Assembly (NCBI RefSeq): GCF_006345805.1
Contig: NC_043021.1
Coordinates: forward strand, 25,606,001 to 25,670,000
Origin: Octopus sinensis
Taxonomy: Eukaryota
Direction of reading: 5' to 3'
Length of the DNA stretch: 64,000 nt
Below, one piece after another: positions 1 through 12,799 of the stretch. Below the pieces are notes generated by a model. That model searched no databases and was not told the origin of the DNA. It worked only from the letters and a program-made list of their open reading frames with translations. Made by a program: the position numbers and the translations under genes. How positions within the stretch are numbered: the first letter of the stretch is position 1; each line of letters starts with the position of its first letter.

Positions 1-349
1 CTATCTATCTATCTATCTACCTATCTATCTACCTATCTATCTATCTAACTCTGTCTATCTACTTGTCTGACTGTAGGGCTGTCCAATGCAAGTTAGTTCC
101 ACTACAACACAATAGAAACCAGAGACCCCTGGTAGACACAAGAATATTAAGATGGTATTTGTGAGTATATATTTCAATATGTATTACGTTTCTGTTTTTG
201 AGTATCTAACAAGTCTAATTAATTAAATTCTAATTATATTAGATATATTTTCCTATATTCATTGAGATTTCTATCAGAAATTATATGCACAGAAAATATT
301 TTGTTTTGTACATACAAGAGACTATATTTCCCACATTTTAATTATAATC

Positions 350-363
350 TGTCTATCTGTCTG

Positions 364-442
<79 letters not shown>

Positions 443-450
443 CTATCTTT

Positions 451-520
<70 letters not shown>

Positions 521-541
521 GTCTGTCTATCTATCTATCTA

Positions 542-588
<47 letters not shown>

Positions 589-594
589 ATCTTT

Positions 595-640
<46 letters not shown>

Positions 641-653
641 GTATATCTATCTG

Positions 654-698
<45 letters not shown>

Positions 699-752
699 TT
701 ATCTACCTACCTACCTACCTACCTACCTACCTACCTACCTACCTACCTACCT
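350..752. repeat. (CTAT)n/(CTAC)n microsatellite. Other large tracts: (CA)n 3117-3288, (TA)n 3557-3757, (GATA/GACA)n 7548-7836, (TATG)n 28365-28790, (GGT)n 46470-46630, (AAT)n 55950-56345
   Basis: Direct inspection. Confidence 0.95.
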
Positions 753-1218
753 ATATTTATAGTTTTATCAATTGACACTTCAATCAGTTCATTTGATTGT
801 CTTTTAGTGTATACACTAACGTATCTCGTTAAACACATAGAAAGTGAAAAATATTTACATATATCCACACATTCATACACACACACACACACACACGTTT
901 CCTCTGTTTGATGTCACCATGTGGAATTTCTCCTATCAGGTAGCGTAGAAACGTTTTTCTGCATGTTTTACTTGAAAAACTAATATTTTTGCGTACATAT
1001 ATTCACAGACATGTATACACATGCATGTATATACACTCACGCGAGCATTCACACACACACACACAAAGGACAGGTTGGTGTCTTTTGACAAGGCAGATTG
1101 CATAATTTCCATTATTGCTCAACACCAAAGTTTAGCAATATCACTAATCCTGGTTAACACTATCTTAAAGACAGCAGTTTACCAATGAAATGTGCTTATA
1201 GATATATATATATATATA

Positions 1219-1287
<69 letters not shown>

Positions 1288-1340
1288 GTATATTTATATA
1301 TGTATGTATGTATGTATATATATATACATACATATGTATG

Positions 1341-1383
<43 letters not shown>

Positions 1384-1397
1384 ATATGTATATATAC

Positions 1398-1461
1398 CAG
1401 TGGTTCTCAACCCTTATATTTAAATGAGTTTTCCCACAGACCCCTTTTAATATGCTTATCC

Positions 1462-1511
<50 letters not shown>

Positions 1512-1594
1512 CAAATTTTGAATTTAGCTCATGGCCCCCAGTTCTACCTTTGTGGACTACCAGGGGCCCATGGACCCCAAGTTGGGAAGCACTG
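1398..1594. mobile_element. hAT (Charlie/MER5-like) MITE with internal (TG)n
   Basis: TIRs CAGTGGTTCTCAAC ... GTTGGGAAGCACTG; imperfect 8-bp flanks atatatac/gtatatat. Confidence 0.65.
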
Positions 1595-1638
1595 GTATAT
1601 ATGTATATACACACACATGCATGTGTGTGAGTGTGTTG

Positions 1639-1671
<33 letters not shown>

Positions 1672-2759
1672 GTGTGTGGTGTGTGTGTGTAAACCTTCTC
1701 TTCACGAGAGAGCTGGACTTATTGTAATATCTCATGTGACTGTTTACTGCTAAAAAAACCCAAGATTTTTGCATATTCCATCAGCAAATTAAGAATATTT
1801 CGATTATTATGTCACTCTGAGCTTCCCGAAACAGTTGTCAAGTTAAGAAGTTCTCTATTTTGCTTCTTAGTATTCTGTATTTTTTATGCTTTATGTACAT
1901 TTATTTGCATATTTGCATCTGTATATGAGCTTATCTTTTTGAATGTATGTGGCTATATGCGACTGCATGTGAATACATCCTCATCATCATCCTCATCATC
2001 ATCATTTCAAGTCTGTTTTCCAAGCTGGCATGGGTTAAAGGCTTTGACCAGAGCCGGTCAGCTCGAGAGCTGAACCAAGCTCCAGTTGTCTGTTTTGACT
2101 TGGTTTCTATGACTGGACGCCCCCCCCCCCTCCCGATGCCAACCACTTTACCGAGTGTCTGCTGGGTGCTTTTTACATACCCCTGGCACAAGTGCCTTTT
2201 GCATGTCAGTTGTATCGGTGCCTTTTACGTATCACTGGCACAGTTCCCAGTTTACATGTCACAGGCACAGGTGCCTGTGACATGTGTCATAGGTACGGGT
2301 GCCTTATACGTGGCACCTGCCTTCTGCGTGACTCTGGCACAGGTGGTTTTTATGTGGCACCAGCACCAGTGGGGTTGTCAAGTAAGTTGCAAGACTTGGT
2401 TGAGAGAGGGAGTGGAACGAAAGGGAGTGGCTGCGGCTGGACAGGAGGTTGGAGTATGGCAACAGGATGGAGATAATCGGCTTACTACAGAGGACAAGGA
2501 AGGAGAAAGGAGTTGGGAGAGAGTTAGGGAGTCAGTCAGAGTGGGGGAGAGAGAGAGAGAGAGAGAGAAATAGATGGTTTGGGGATGTTTTGGGGGCCTA
2601 CCTACAAGGGACAGTAGTGGGCATATATAGAGTGCAGAAGGAAGATATGTTTAGGAGGAAGACATGACTGTAGGAAGTTTTGACGAAAGTCATGTAATGT
2701 GTGTGTGTGTGTGTGTGTGAGGAGGGGCATAGCTGAAAAGGACCTGTATGTGTGGATGG

Positions 2760-3040
2760 CCCCAATTTCACTTAGCTTCACATGTCTTCTCAAGCGTTGC
2801 AAATCGCCTGAGGTCTCCGTCCCCTATCGTTCCTTCTGATCCTTTCTCACCACTTTGTCCATTGCCCTCCTGGGACTGCTCTTTTAATGGGATTCTCTCC
2901 ACATTCAGCATTTCTTCATGTGGCCGTCCTCATCCACATGCATCATCGCATGGCCATACCAGTGGCGCCATACCACCATACCACTCTGCACTCAATGCCT
3001 CTCATTCCCAAGTTTTCTCTTAAAAACACTTGTCTCAAGC
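2760..3040 (-). mobile_element. Old RTE LINE 3' fragment
   Basis: Minus-strand LRENLGMRGI...WYGH..VDED...KKC, similar to the C-terminus of the 3758-7262 element. Confidence 0.5.
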
Positions 3041-3121
3041 CTAATTGTGTTTATCTTCTTTACAAAACCATCTCTCCCTCCCTCCCTCCCTCTGTCTCTC
3101 TTTCTTTCTTGCTATGCACAC

Positions 3122-3157
<36 letters not shown>

Positions 3158-3222
3158 GCACACACACACACACACACACGCACACACACACACACGCACA
3201 CGCACACACACACACACACACG

Positions 3223-3289
<67 letters not shown>

Positions 3290-3421
3290 AGCTCAGTTTA
3301 AGAAGTGGAGAATGTCTTAATTAGGTTCTCAAAGTTTTCCTCCTGCAACTTCTCTCATGGCTGATCCTTCCTAGGTTTAATGAGCAAGTTTTATACACAC
3401 ATATATGTGTGTGTTTGTGTG

Positions 3422-3463
<42 letters not shown>

Positions 3464-3588
3464 CGTGTTGTATATATATGTATGTGTGTGTGTGTGTGAG
3501 TGTATGTATGTATATATATGTGTGTGTGTGTATGTGGTGGGTGTGTGTCGTGTGTGTATATATATATATATATATATAATTATTATAT

Positions 3589-3633
<45 letters not shown>

Positions 3634-3640
3634 TATATTA

Positions 3641-3707
<67 letters not shown>

Positions 3708-3716
3708 TATATATAT

Positions 3717-3757
<41 letters not shown>

Positions 3758-3759
<2 letters not shown>

Positions 3760-6700
3760 TCATCATCATCATCATCGTTTAGCGTCCGTTTTCCATGCTA
3801 GCATGGGTTGGACGGTTCTACTGGGGTCTGTGAAGCCAGAAGGCTTCATCAGGCCCAGTCAAATCTGGCAGTGTTTCTACGGCTGGATGCCCTTCCTAAC
3901 GCCAACCACTCCGTGAGTGTAGTGGGTGCTTTTTACGTGCCACCGCACTGGTGCCAGACAGAGCTGGCAAACGGCCACGAACGGATGGTGCTTTTTATGT
4001 GCCACGGCACGAGGGCCAGGCGAGGCTGGCAACGGACACACGAAACGGGCGGTGCTGGCAACGGTCGCGAAACGGAAAGTTCTCTTACATGCCACCGGCA
4101 CTGGTAACACATCTGCAATTTCCATTGATCGATTTCCATTGATCGATTTCGATTCTGATCGTCACTTGCCTCAACGGGTCTTCACAAGCAGAGTTTTGAC
4201 ATGCCACCGGCACTGGTAGCACATCCGCAATTCCATTGATCGATTTCGATTCTGATCCTCACTTGCCTCATCACGTCTTCACAAGTAGAGTTTTGTGTCC
4301 CAAGAAGGGAAGGTATGCATACGTAGGCTGGCTCCATCCCATGTAGAAGGCCACGGGTTATGGACTCACTTGTCCTGCCGGGTCTTCTCGCGCACAGCAC
4401 ACTTCCAGAGGTCTCGGTCTCTAGTCATTTCCTCAGTGAGACCTAAAGTTCGAAGGTCGTGCTTCACCACCTCGTCCCAGGTTTTCCTGGGTCTGCCTCT
4501 TCCACAGGTTCCCTCAACTGCTAGGGTGTGGCACTTTTTCACACAACTATCTTCATCCATTCTCGCCACATGACCATACCAGCGCAAACGTCTCTCTTGC
4601 ACACCACAACTGATGCTTCTTAGGTCCAGCTTTTCTCTCAAGGTATTACACTCTGCCGAGTGTGAGTACCGGCATTACACATCCATCGGAGCATACTGGC
4701 TTCATTTCTAGCGAGCTTACGCATATCCTCAGCAGTCACGGCCATGTTTCACTGCCATGTAGCATGGCTGTTCGTACACACGCATCATACAGTCTGCCTT
4801 TCACTCTGTGCGAGAGGCCTTTTGTCACCAGCAGAGGTAAGAGCTCTCTGAACTTTGCCCAAGCTATTCTTACTCTAGCAGTTACACTTTCAGCACACCC
4901 GCCCCCGCTGCTGACTTGGTCACCTAGGTAACGGAAACTATCAACTATTTCTAGTTTTTCTCCCTGGAAAGTGACGGAAGTTGGTCTCAGAGCATTTTCA
5001 GTTTTATTGTTCCTGAGCATCTGCCACATACAAAAACCATCTTCCTAGTTAGCCTTCCTTTGACATTGCTGCATCTCTTATGTGTCCATAGCTTACACTG
5101 GTGCATCTTATAGAGTTTCTACCTACACCTTTTCTACAGATCGAGCAGGGCCATCTACCTGAAGGTGTTTGTGATTTGTCTACCTTCCTACTGATTACGA
5201 CTTTGGTTTTAGCTAGATTGACTCTGAGGCCCTTCGATTCTAATCCTTGTTTCCACACCTGAAACTTCTCCTCCAGTTCTGATAGCGACTCAGCAATTAG
5301 AGCAAGGTCATCAGCATAGAGGAGCTCCCAAGGGCATCCTGTCTTGAATCCTCCGTTATTGCCTGGAGGACTATGATAAATAGGAGGGGGCTGAGTACTG
5401 AGCCTTGGTGGACTCCTACCTCTACCCGGAATTCTTCACTGTACACATTTCCAACCCTCACCCTACTAGCGGCGTCCCTGTACATGGCCCGCACAGCTCT
5501 CACTAACCATTCATCTATCCTTAGTTTCCTCATTGCCCACCAGATAAGGGATCGGGGGACCCTGTCGAAGGCTTTCTCCATGTCAACAAAAGCCAGGTAC
5601 AGGGGCTTATCTTTGGCTAGGTATTTCTCCTGCAGCTGCCTTACCAGGAATATAGCATCAGTAGTACTTTTCCCTGGCACAACTCCAAACTGCATCTCAT
5701 CTAAACTAACTCTCTCTCTAATTAGTTGGGCTATGACCCTCTCCGTAACCTTCATCACCTGGTCCAACAGCTTGATACCTCTGTAGTTATTTGTATCTAG
5801 GGCATCACCTTTACCTTTGTAGCAGTTGACTATTATACTGCTACACCAGTCATTGGGTATGACCCCTTTGTGTATCACCTGATTAACTATACGGGTGACT
5901 AGGCTATAGCCGACACTACCAGACATTTTGAGCATCTCTGCAGTGATTCCTGATGGGCCTGGGGCTTTCCCTGTCTTCATGCTTCTAATTGCCTTAGCTA
6001 CCACGGAACTATCAACTCGGATAGCTGGTCCCTCTGTTGGGTCAACATTCGGCAGACTCTCTTTATCCCATTCATTTTCTTCATTCAGCAACCTTTCATA
6101 GTGGCATCTCCAAACCTCTCTCTTTGCATCCTCATTTAGCGCAAGTGAACCATCTTCCATGCGAACACACTTCTCTCCTACCACATCACGATTCTCTCTC
6201 ACACACTGTCTTGCAACACGAAACACCTCCAGTCTTTGGTCCTCACGGCACAGAACATTGGCAAATTTTTTCTTATCTGCTTCCCCTCTGGCTAAATAAA
6301 CCTGTCTCCTAGCTTCTCTTTTGGCAGTCTGATACAATCCCCTGCTACCCCATTTTTCCAGACCTTCCAAGCCTGTCTCTTTTCTCTAATAGCCCTGTCT
6401 ACAATATTGTTCCACCACCACGTTATTCTAGGTCGAGAGGGGACTTTGCACCAGCCACAGATCTGGTCAGTGGCTCTCAGCAGGTTGTCCCTTAGAAACG
6501 TCCAGCTGTCTTCTACCCCCTGTGATGCTCTATCCCCTTCTACTTCGTCAGAGGCTTCAAGTAATATGTCCCTAAATCTCTGTCCATTTGCAGGATCTTT
6601 AAGCTCCAGATCCTTCTTCTCCATATTTGTCGTCTTCTGGTTGTCCTCCTAGTCCTGATCCTAAAGTCACTAACTACCAGTCTATGTTGTGGGTTACATT

Positions 6701-7262
6701 CTTCACCTGGGAAGGTTTTGGCATTTATAAGCAGCCATCTCTCCCTTTGCCTTGTAAGGATGTAGTCAATTTGGCTGGTATGTTGGCCCGATTGGTAAGT
6801 GACTAGGTGGCTGGTAGGTTTCCTGAAGTTAGTGTTGCAAATCATAAGATTATTTGCATCGCAGAACTCCAGCAGCCTGGTTCCCTCCTCGTTGCGGGAG
6901 CCATAGCCATAGCCTCCATGTACGCCATGGAAGCCCCCAGCATGTCGTCCAACGTGGACCATTGAAGTCACCAGCCACAAAGATAAGGTCTCTGTCGTTC
7001 GTCAACGAGGTAGTCTGCAGTAGAGTGTCATAGAATCGGTCTTTCTGTCCATCGGGTAGCCCCGACTGAGGAGCATAGGCTGATATAATGGTTGCTAAAC
7101 TATGATGAAGCACTAATCTAATCTTAAGTATTCTGTCACATACTCTGATTACCTCAATTACTTTATCTACCCATTTCTCAGCGATAAGTATACCCACGCC
7201 ACCAACCCCGTCAGTGTTCCCTGCCCAGAAAATCTTGTACCTGCGTTCCTTGCCTGCGTTCC
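3758..7262 (-). mobile_element. RTE-clade non-LTR retrotransposon, 5'-truncated inside the APE domain, frameshifted; (GAT)n tail
   Basis: APE motifs (GVGGVGILI, SAYAPQ, AGDFNGHVG, SQIDYIL, QHRLVV); RT motifs (YRGIKLL, QFG..PGKSTTDAIF, FVDMEKAFDRVP, GVHQGSVLSPLLF, LLYADD, RYLG); C-terminal LRWYGHV..GRGRPRKTW. Confidence 0.95.
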
Positions 7263-7568
7263 ACATCACTGTCAATAGAATGGGTATTTTATCTGAAATG
7301 TATAGCATTAATATAACCATCCACGGCTGATCTCACCAATCGGTGTCACATGAGGATTACAATGACGTGTTAGGTAACACCCCATTGTATTCCTAGTGCA
7401 TATGTTTGCATATGTATGCCCATGGCTAAATACAGGTAAAACCATGTATGTCTTGGTTAGACATAGATAATATACCGGTAGTGTAATGGATACTTCTATC
7501 CCTTAGATGGTTATTTTAACCTCCAATTCAACTAGCCTATAGATAGATAGACAGAAAGATAGATAGAC

Positions 7569-7667
<99 letters not shown>

Positions 7668-7692
7668 CAGATAGATAGATAGACAGACAGAC

Positions 7693-7823
<131 letters not shown>

Positions 7824-8142
7824 CAGATAGATAGATTGGAAAATAGATAGATGGGTTTATGATTAATTAGAAGAAATGATAGAGTGAAAAAAGGGTTGTA
7901 GTATTCATACATTGCCATTTAGCAAAGAAGTACCAATACACAGAAATCTCAGCTTTTGAGTCATTCTGTAACGTCAACTAATTAATCACAAAAACCCCCC
8001 AAAAAACATATACACTTAAGTGTTTTAGTTCTATTTTTCTGTTTGTTTCACCAAACCTATATGTATGTATATATACATACATACATATATATGTATATAT
8101 GTGTATATATACATACATATACATATATATATACATATACAT

Positions 8143-8175
<33 letters not shown>

Positions 8176-8259
8176 TATTTATATATATAAATATATACAC
8201 ACACACACACCACACACAGAGTAAGAAATAGAAAGTCTTTGGTACACTATCCGAATGTG

Positions 8260-8490
8260 ATTGATGCCAGGGCCACCTGACAGGCTCCTGTGCTGGTGGC
8301 ACGCAAAGGCACCCACTACACTCTTGGAGTGATTGGCGTTAGGAATGGCATCCAGCTGTAGAAACATTGCCAGATCAGACTGCATCCTGGTGCAGCCTCC
8401 TGGCTTGTCAGACCTCAGTCAAACCATCCAACCGATGCCAGCATGAAAAACGGATGCTAAACAATGATGATGATGATGATGATGATGTCG
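8260..8490 (+). mobile_element. Short retroposon sharing the RTE 3' end (related copies about 12746-13010 -, 19320-19475 -, 21995-22320 -, 48750-49230 +, 58690-58800 -)
   Basis: Same GGCGTTAGGAAGGGCATCCAGC...CCAACCCATGC(T/C)AGCATGGAAA + (GAT)n end as the LINE at 3758-3950. Confidence 0.8.
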
Positions 8491-9099
8491 ATATTAAAGG
8501 GAAGCGGAAGCAAAATCAAGGCAGGATGAGTATCTCAGGTCATTTAGAATATTTGATCAGAGGAGGCCTACCACAAATGCCTAGCTCCAGCCCCAGCTGT
8601 CAACTTGGGACCTAATGGATGACCAATTACACAGCTCACCTATTCGTTTAAGTTACCAGTGAACTGAACCCCTTATATTCTTTATATGTATAGATATATA
8701 TGTAAATAATCAAAAACTGGAGAAAACCTCAGATGAACAAGCACATCAGTTGGGTCACATTTACAACTCATTCATACAAAACATGGCATAACATTTATGC
8801 GACATAAATGTCCCCTAAACGTTATGCCACATTTTGGATTAAATAATAAGCTATAAATGTGGTCCAATCGATTTGTTTGTCGATCCAAGGTTTTCTCCAT
8901 TTATTTAGATTTGATTCCTGATAAATTTTTGTTTATTCTGCTGTTACCTGTACCATAGGAGCATAGTGTGCTTGTATATCCATGCCCTGAGATATCATGG
9001 GTAATGGATACTGATAGTATATACGGATATTTTAGCCTTTAGTCGCTTTTTATAACTGCTAATTCTGCTAACATTATATATATATATATACATACACAT

Positions 9100-9270
9100 A
9101 TGTATATAAAGGGAAAGTTTACGAAAATAAACAAAAGACGAAGGCAGGTGGAGTACAAACAAACAAATGTATTAGTATAGCGCCCAGGAATAGAAAAAGT
9201 CTTTTACGTTTCGAGCCTACGCTCTTCGACAGAAAGATACACAGAAAAAAACAAGGAGAGCAAAAATGCG
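9100..9270 (-). repeat. Short Penelope pLTR-like repeat with hammerhead-like motif at 9200-9237 (family A); truncated copy near 38440-38485 (+)
   Basis: Minus strand TCTTT-CTGTCGA-A-GAGC(GTAG)GCTC-GAAA-CG-TA-AAAGA. Confidence 0.55.
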
Positions 9271-12200
9271 TGTAGTATGTTTGAACAAACATATAATATT
9301 TAATATGTAATATGGTACCAAGGACTTTCTGTTTCTATATATATAATTAAGTAATCTGGGAAAACGAATTTCCAAATCAATCAGGTATAACCTTTCAGCA
9401 GTACCTGCATATCTGCATATTGTACCTTGGGGTCTTATTTATCATATATTTATATATTTATATATTTATCTAGAAATATACAAAGTATCTAATAAAAGTC
9501 AATAATAATTCAGTTTTGGGGGATTAATGGATATGTGGGGATTCAATTTCAGATAATACAAAAATAATAACCTAATGAGCATAGTGTTGGAATAATTGTA
9601 AATCTGATGATTGTATATATGCATATATATATATATATATATATATACGAGCAAAACGCCCCCCCCCGTCCAATGAACGGTGCTGAGTTGTCAAACATTT
9701 AAACCAAATTTTCTCAAAACAACTTGTCCGACCGTCCCATAGGCCATCCTTTGAGAAACACTGATTTAACCTAAATTTGAGACACCAGCAAAAGAAGAAA
9801 TAAAGATAGACTTTTTTTCTATTCCAAAGAAAAACGATTTTATTCACTTTATCGATCGCATTCTCACTTGGAATCGATTTTTGTAATTTTTTCAAGACTT
9901 ATACATGCCCTGATACCATCGGTATCTACATATCAAATTTGAGCACAATCAGATGGATGATGCCCGAGATCCTAGAAGACACACACACAGACAGACAGAA
10001 CGGATTTTATATAATAGACGTGTGTATGTATATATATAGTAATCTTCCAATACTGAAACACATGTGGTTCCTTCATAATTGATACATTTGAGGTTTAACT
10101 TCAGTAGGAGATAATTGAGGAAGTATATTTTATACCCTGCTGGTAGACTGGTTATATCCTTTAAAGTATTATCTCGTGATGTGCAAATGGATACCATGAG
10201 TTTACCTTCAGATATACTCATTAGGTATATATATATATAAATGTTTATGTATTTGTTTTGTAAGTAAGATTCCTGATGTGAAATCATGTATTGAAACAAA
10301 TATTCTTATGCTTGGAGATGGTTATTTATTTTTTCTTGCCAAAGAAACATATGCACTCGTATATATTTGTTCTTCACTTCAGATTTATTATTGTTCTTAT
10401 TTTATGTCCGTTGTCTGGGAATTTTTTTGTCACACACCTGTGACCTCTTCAGCAACTTTCCATCCCATGTGTCTCCTCTTGTTCTGTTTAGTCTATTCTG
10501 TCTTTCTATGGCATGTATCCTTATCTAAGCATGCATCTGCATCTGCATCTTTGTGTGCCAGTCATATCAGCCATGCCAGCCATGCCAGTCATGCCCGAAT
10601 ATGCTCTCCTTGAGATGCTAAGTTTTTCCCCCTTTGCAGAATTCAAGCTGGTCTCTAAGAAGGGGTAAAAGCTCTGATGGAAATGGTTTAATTGAATATG
10701 GACAGTTCTACCTTCCATAATTGTTGAAGACTGTTGAAGAATTTCTTTGTCACTTAGATTTACCATTTTCTTATCAATTTCAAGATATTTGTAACCTTAG
10801 AATTAAGGGAAGCAGATGAGTCATTGATATTATATATCTTGTCTAGTTTAACAAGCATTTCTTAATTAACTATTAAATACAAACTTTTGGATATGTGTGT
10901 GTGTATATACATGTATGAGTGTGTGTGTGTGTATACATGTATGTGTGTATCTGGTTGTGTGTGTGTATGTATGTAAGTATATATGTGTGTATGTGTTTGC
11001 ATGTATATATGTATGTGTGTGTCTATATGTACATATGTATACGTGTGTTTATATGTATATATGTATGCGAGTATATATGCACATGTGTATATACCTATGT
11101 ATGTATATATATATATATATATATGTATGTCATCTTCAAATAAACGCTACTGCTGCTGCTACTACTTCTACAACTGCTACTACTACTACTATAATAGAAA
11201 AATAAAGCTTTGTTGTATCTCATAATTTCTTGACACAATTCATATTAAATCGGTCATTAAAATTGATAAAGCAAAAAAGTCCAATATTTATCAGATCAAT
11301 GCTGAGGGCATGTCTGAAGAGAATATGGGACAACACTGTGGAGAATGGGGGTCAATACTGATTAGGATATGGGCCAGCATGACGGAGAATTAGGGTAAAC
11401 ATTGAAGAGAATGTGGGACAACTGGGATTTGGGACAACAGCAAAGAGAAAGTAGGGCATCAATAAACCTTTCTAATTTAGGCACAAGTTCAACAATTTTG
11501 ACAGAAGGGTTAAGTTGGTTATATTTAAGTCAATAATCAGTCTTTTATTGACCTCAGAAAAGGGCAAATGGCAAAATTGGCTTTGATGGGGATTTGAACT
11601 CAGAAGTAAAAAAGCGAATAGAAATGTCAGTAAGAATTTTCTTTTTTTTATATATAAATATGAGAGTCCTGTTGAATTACTGGTATGGATTACAGATACA
11701 TCGGGAACTAATTTCCATAAAAGTCCCATTGGTTCTCTGTAAGATGAACTAATTAGCAGCGGAGGTGATTGGACAAAACGTGTAATTGCTTGAATAAGAA
11801 AAGAAAGGGGGAAGTTCAGAGAGCTTTTACCTTCTGTTAGCAACGAAAGGTACCCCCCTCTCTCTCTCTCTTTCTCCCTCTCCTTCTCTCTCTCTCTTCC
11901 TCTCCCTTGCTCTCTCTCTCTCTTTCCATGTTTCTTTGTTTTTCCATTTTATTCTGATGATGAAAACTTGCGACACCTACACCTTCCAAGAGCTTCTGCA
12001 GTCATTAATTCACTTCATATTTTCAGACTTGAACCTCCATTTGTACTAAGCAAGTGAAATGCATGACTATCACAGCTATTATAATTTTTCTATCACTTCA
12101 CCATTTTTGAAAAAATATTAAAATGAGATTGGGATAAATTGAATAGGGCCCCTTTCATTTCAATCTCATTCTGTCTTCTATTACAAATCTTTAGTGGGAT

Positions 12201-12759
12201 GCTGTAACCGGAACACCTAGACATAAGCTTCATATACTACAAAATATAAATATCCACACTGCTACACCTGAAACGTACCTGTTATAACTCTTTATCTCAG
12301 TTTGAATGTACGTGAAGGTACTTAGGATGCCCAAACTTATTTCTGAGCACTGATGCTGATCATAGTTTAATCAATAAGTGTAGGAGCAAGGTAAATGCAG
12401 TAAAAATAGGGTGAGGGGAGTGTGTGGGGTTCCATTTAAGCAGCCCTAGGAGTTCATAGTATGAAATTCATTGACATTGCTCTGATTTGGTCACCAGTGC
12501 CATGTATTTAGTTTAAAGTGCAGTAAAAATAGGAGGAGGGGTGGTCAGTGGAGCCCCAATTAGGCAGCCATTAAAAAGAATAAACCCCCTTAGAACATTC
12601 CCTGGGATTAGAGGAGTTGGTGGCTTGAGTTTTGTTGGCCTTGCACCAACAGTCTAGCAGGAGTTAACAAACATAAAAACGTAACAGACAGAGAAACATC
12701 ACTCAAATTTATTTAAAGATATAAATGAAAGATATAAACATGTATCATCATCATCGTCG

Positions 12760-12799
<40 letters not shown>

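Noticed and set aside
9830-10019. Helitron/HINE-like end (TCTATTATATAAAATCC...(GTCT)n on the minus strand)
   Set aside because: Only one end is recognisable and no terminal hairpin was found; too weak to call
10468-10525. Signal-peptide-like MCLLLFCLVYSVFLWH followed by GTATCCTTA as the NCLX first exon
   Set aside because: A U12-like donor would need a U12 branch, but the acceptor at 29108 is U2-type (pyrimidine tract, no CCTTAAC); read-through stops after 32 more codons
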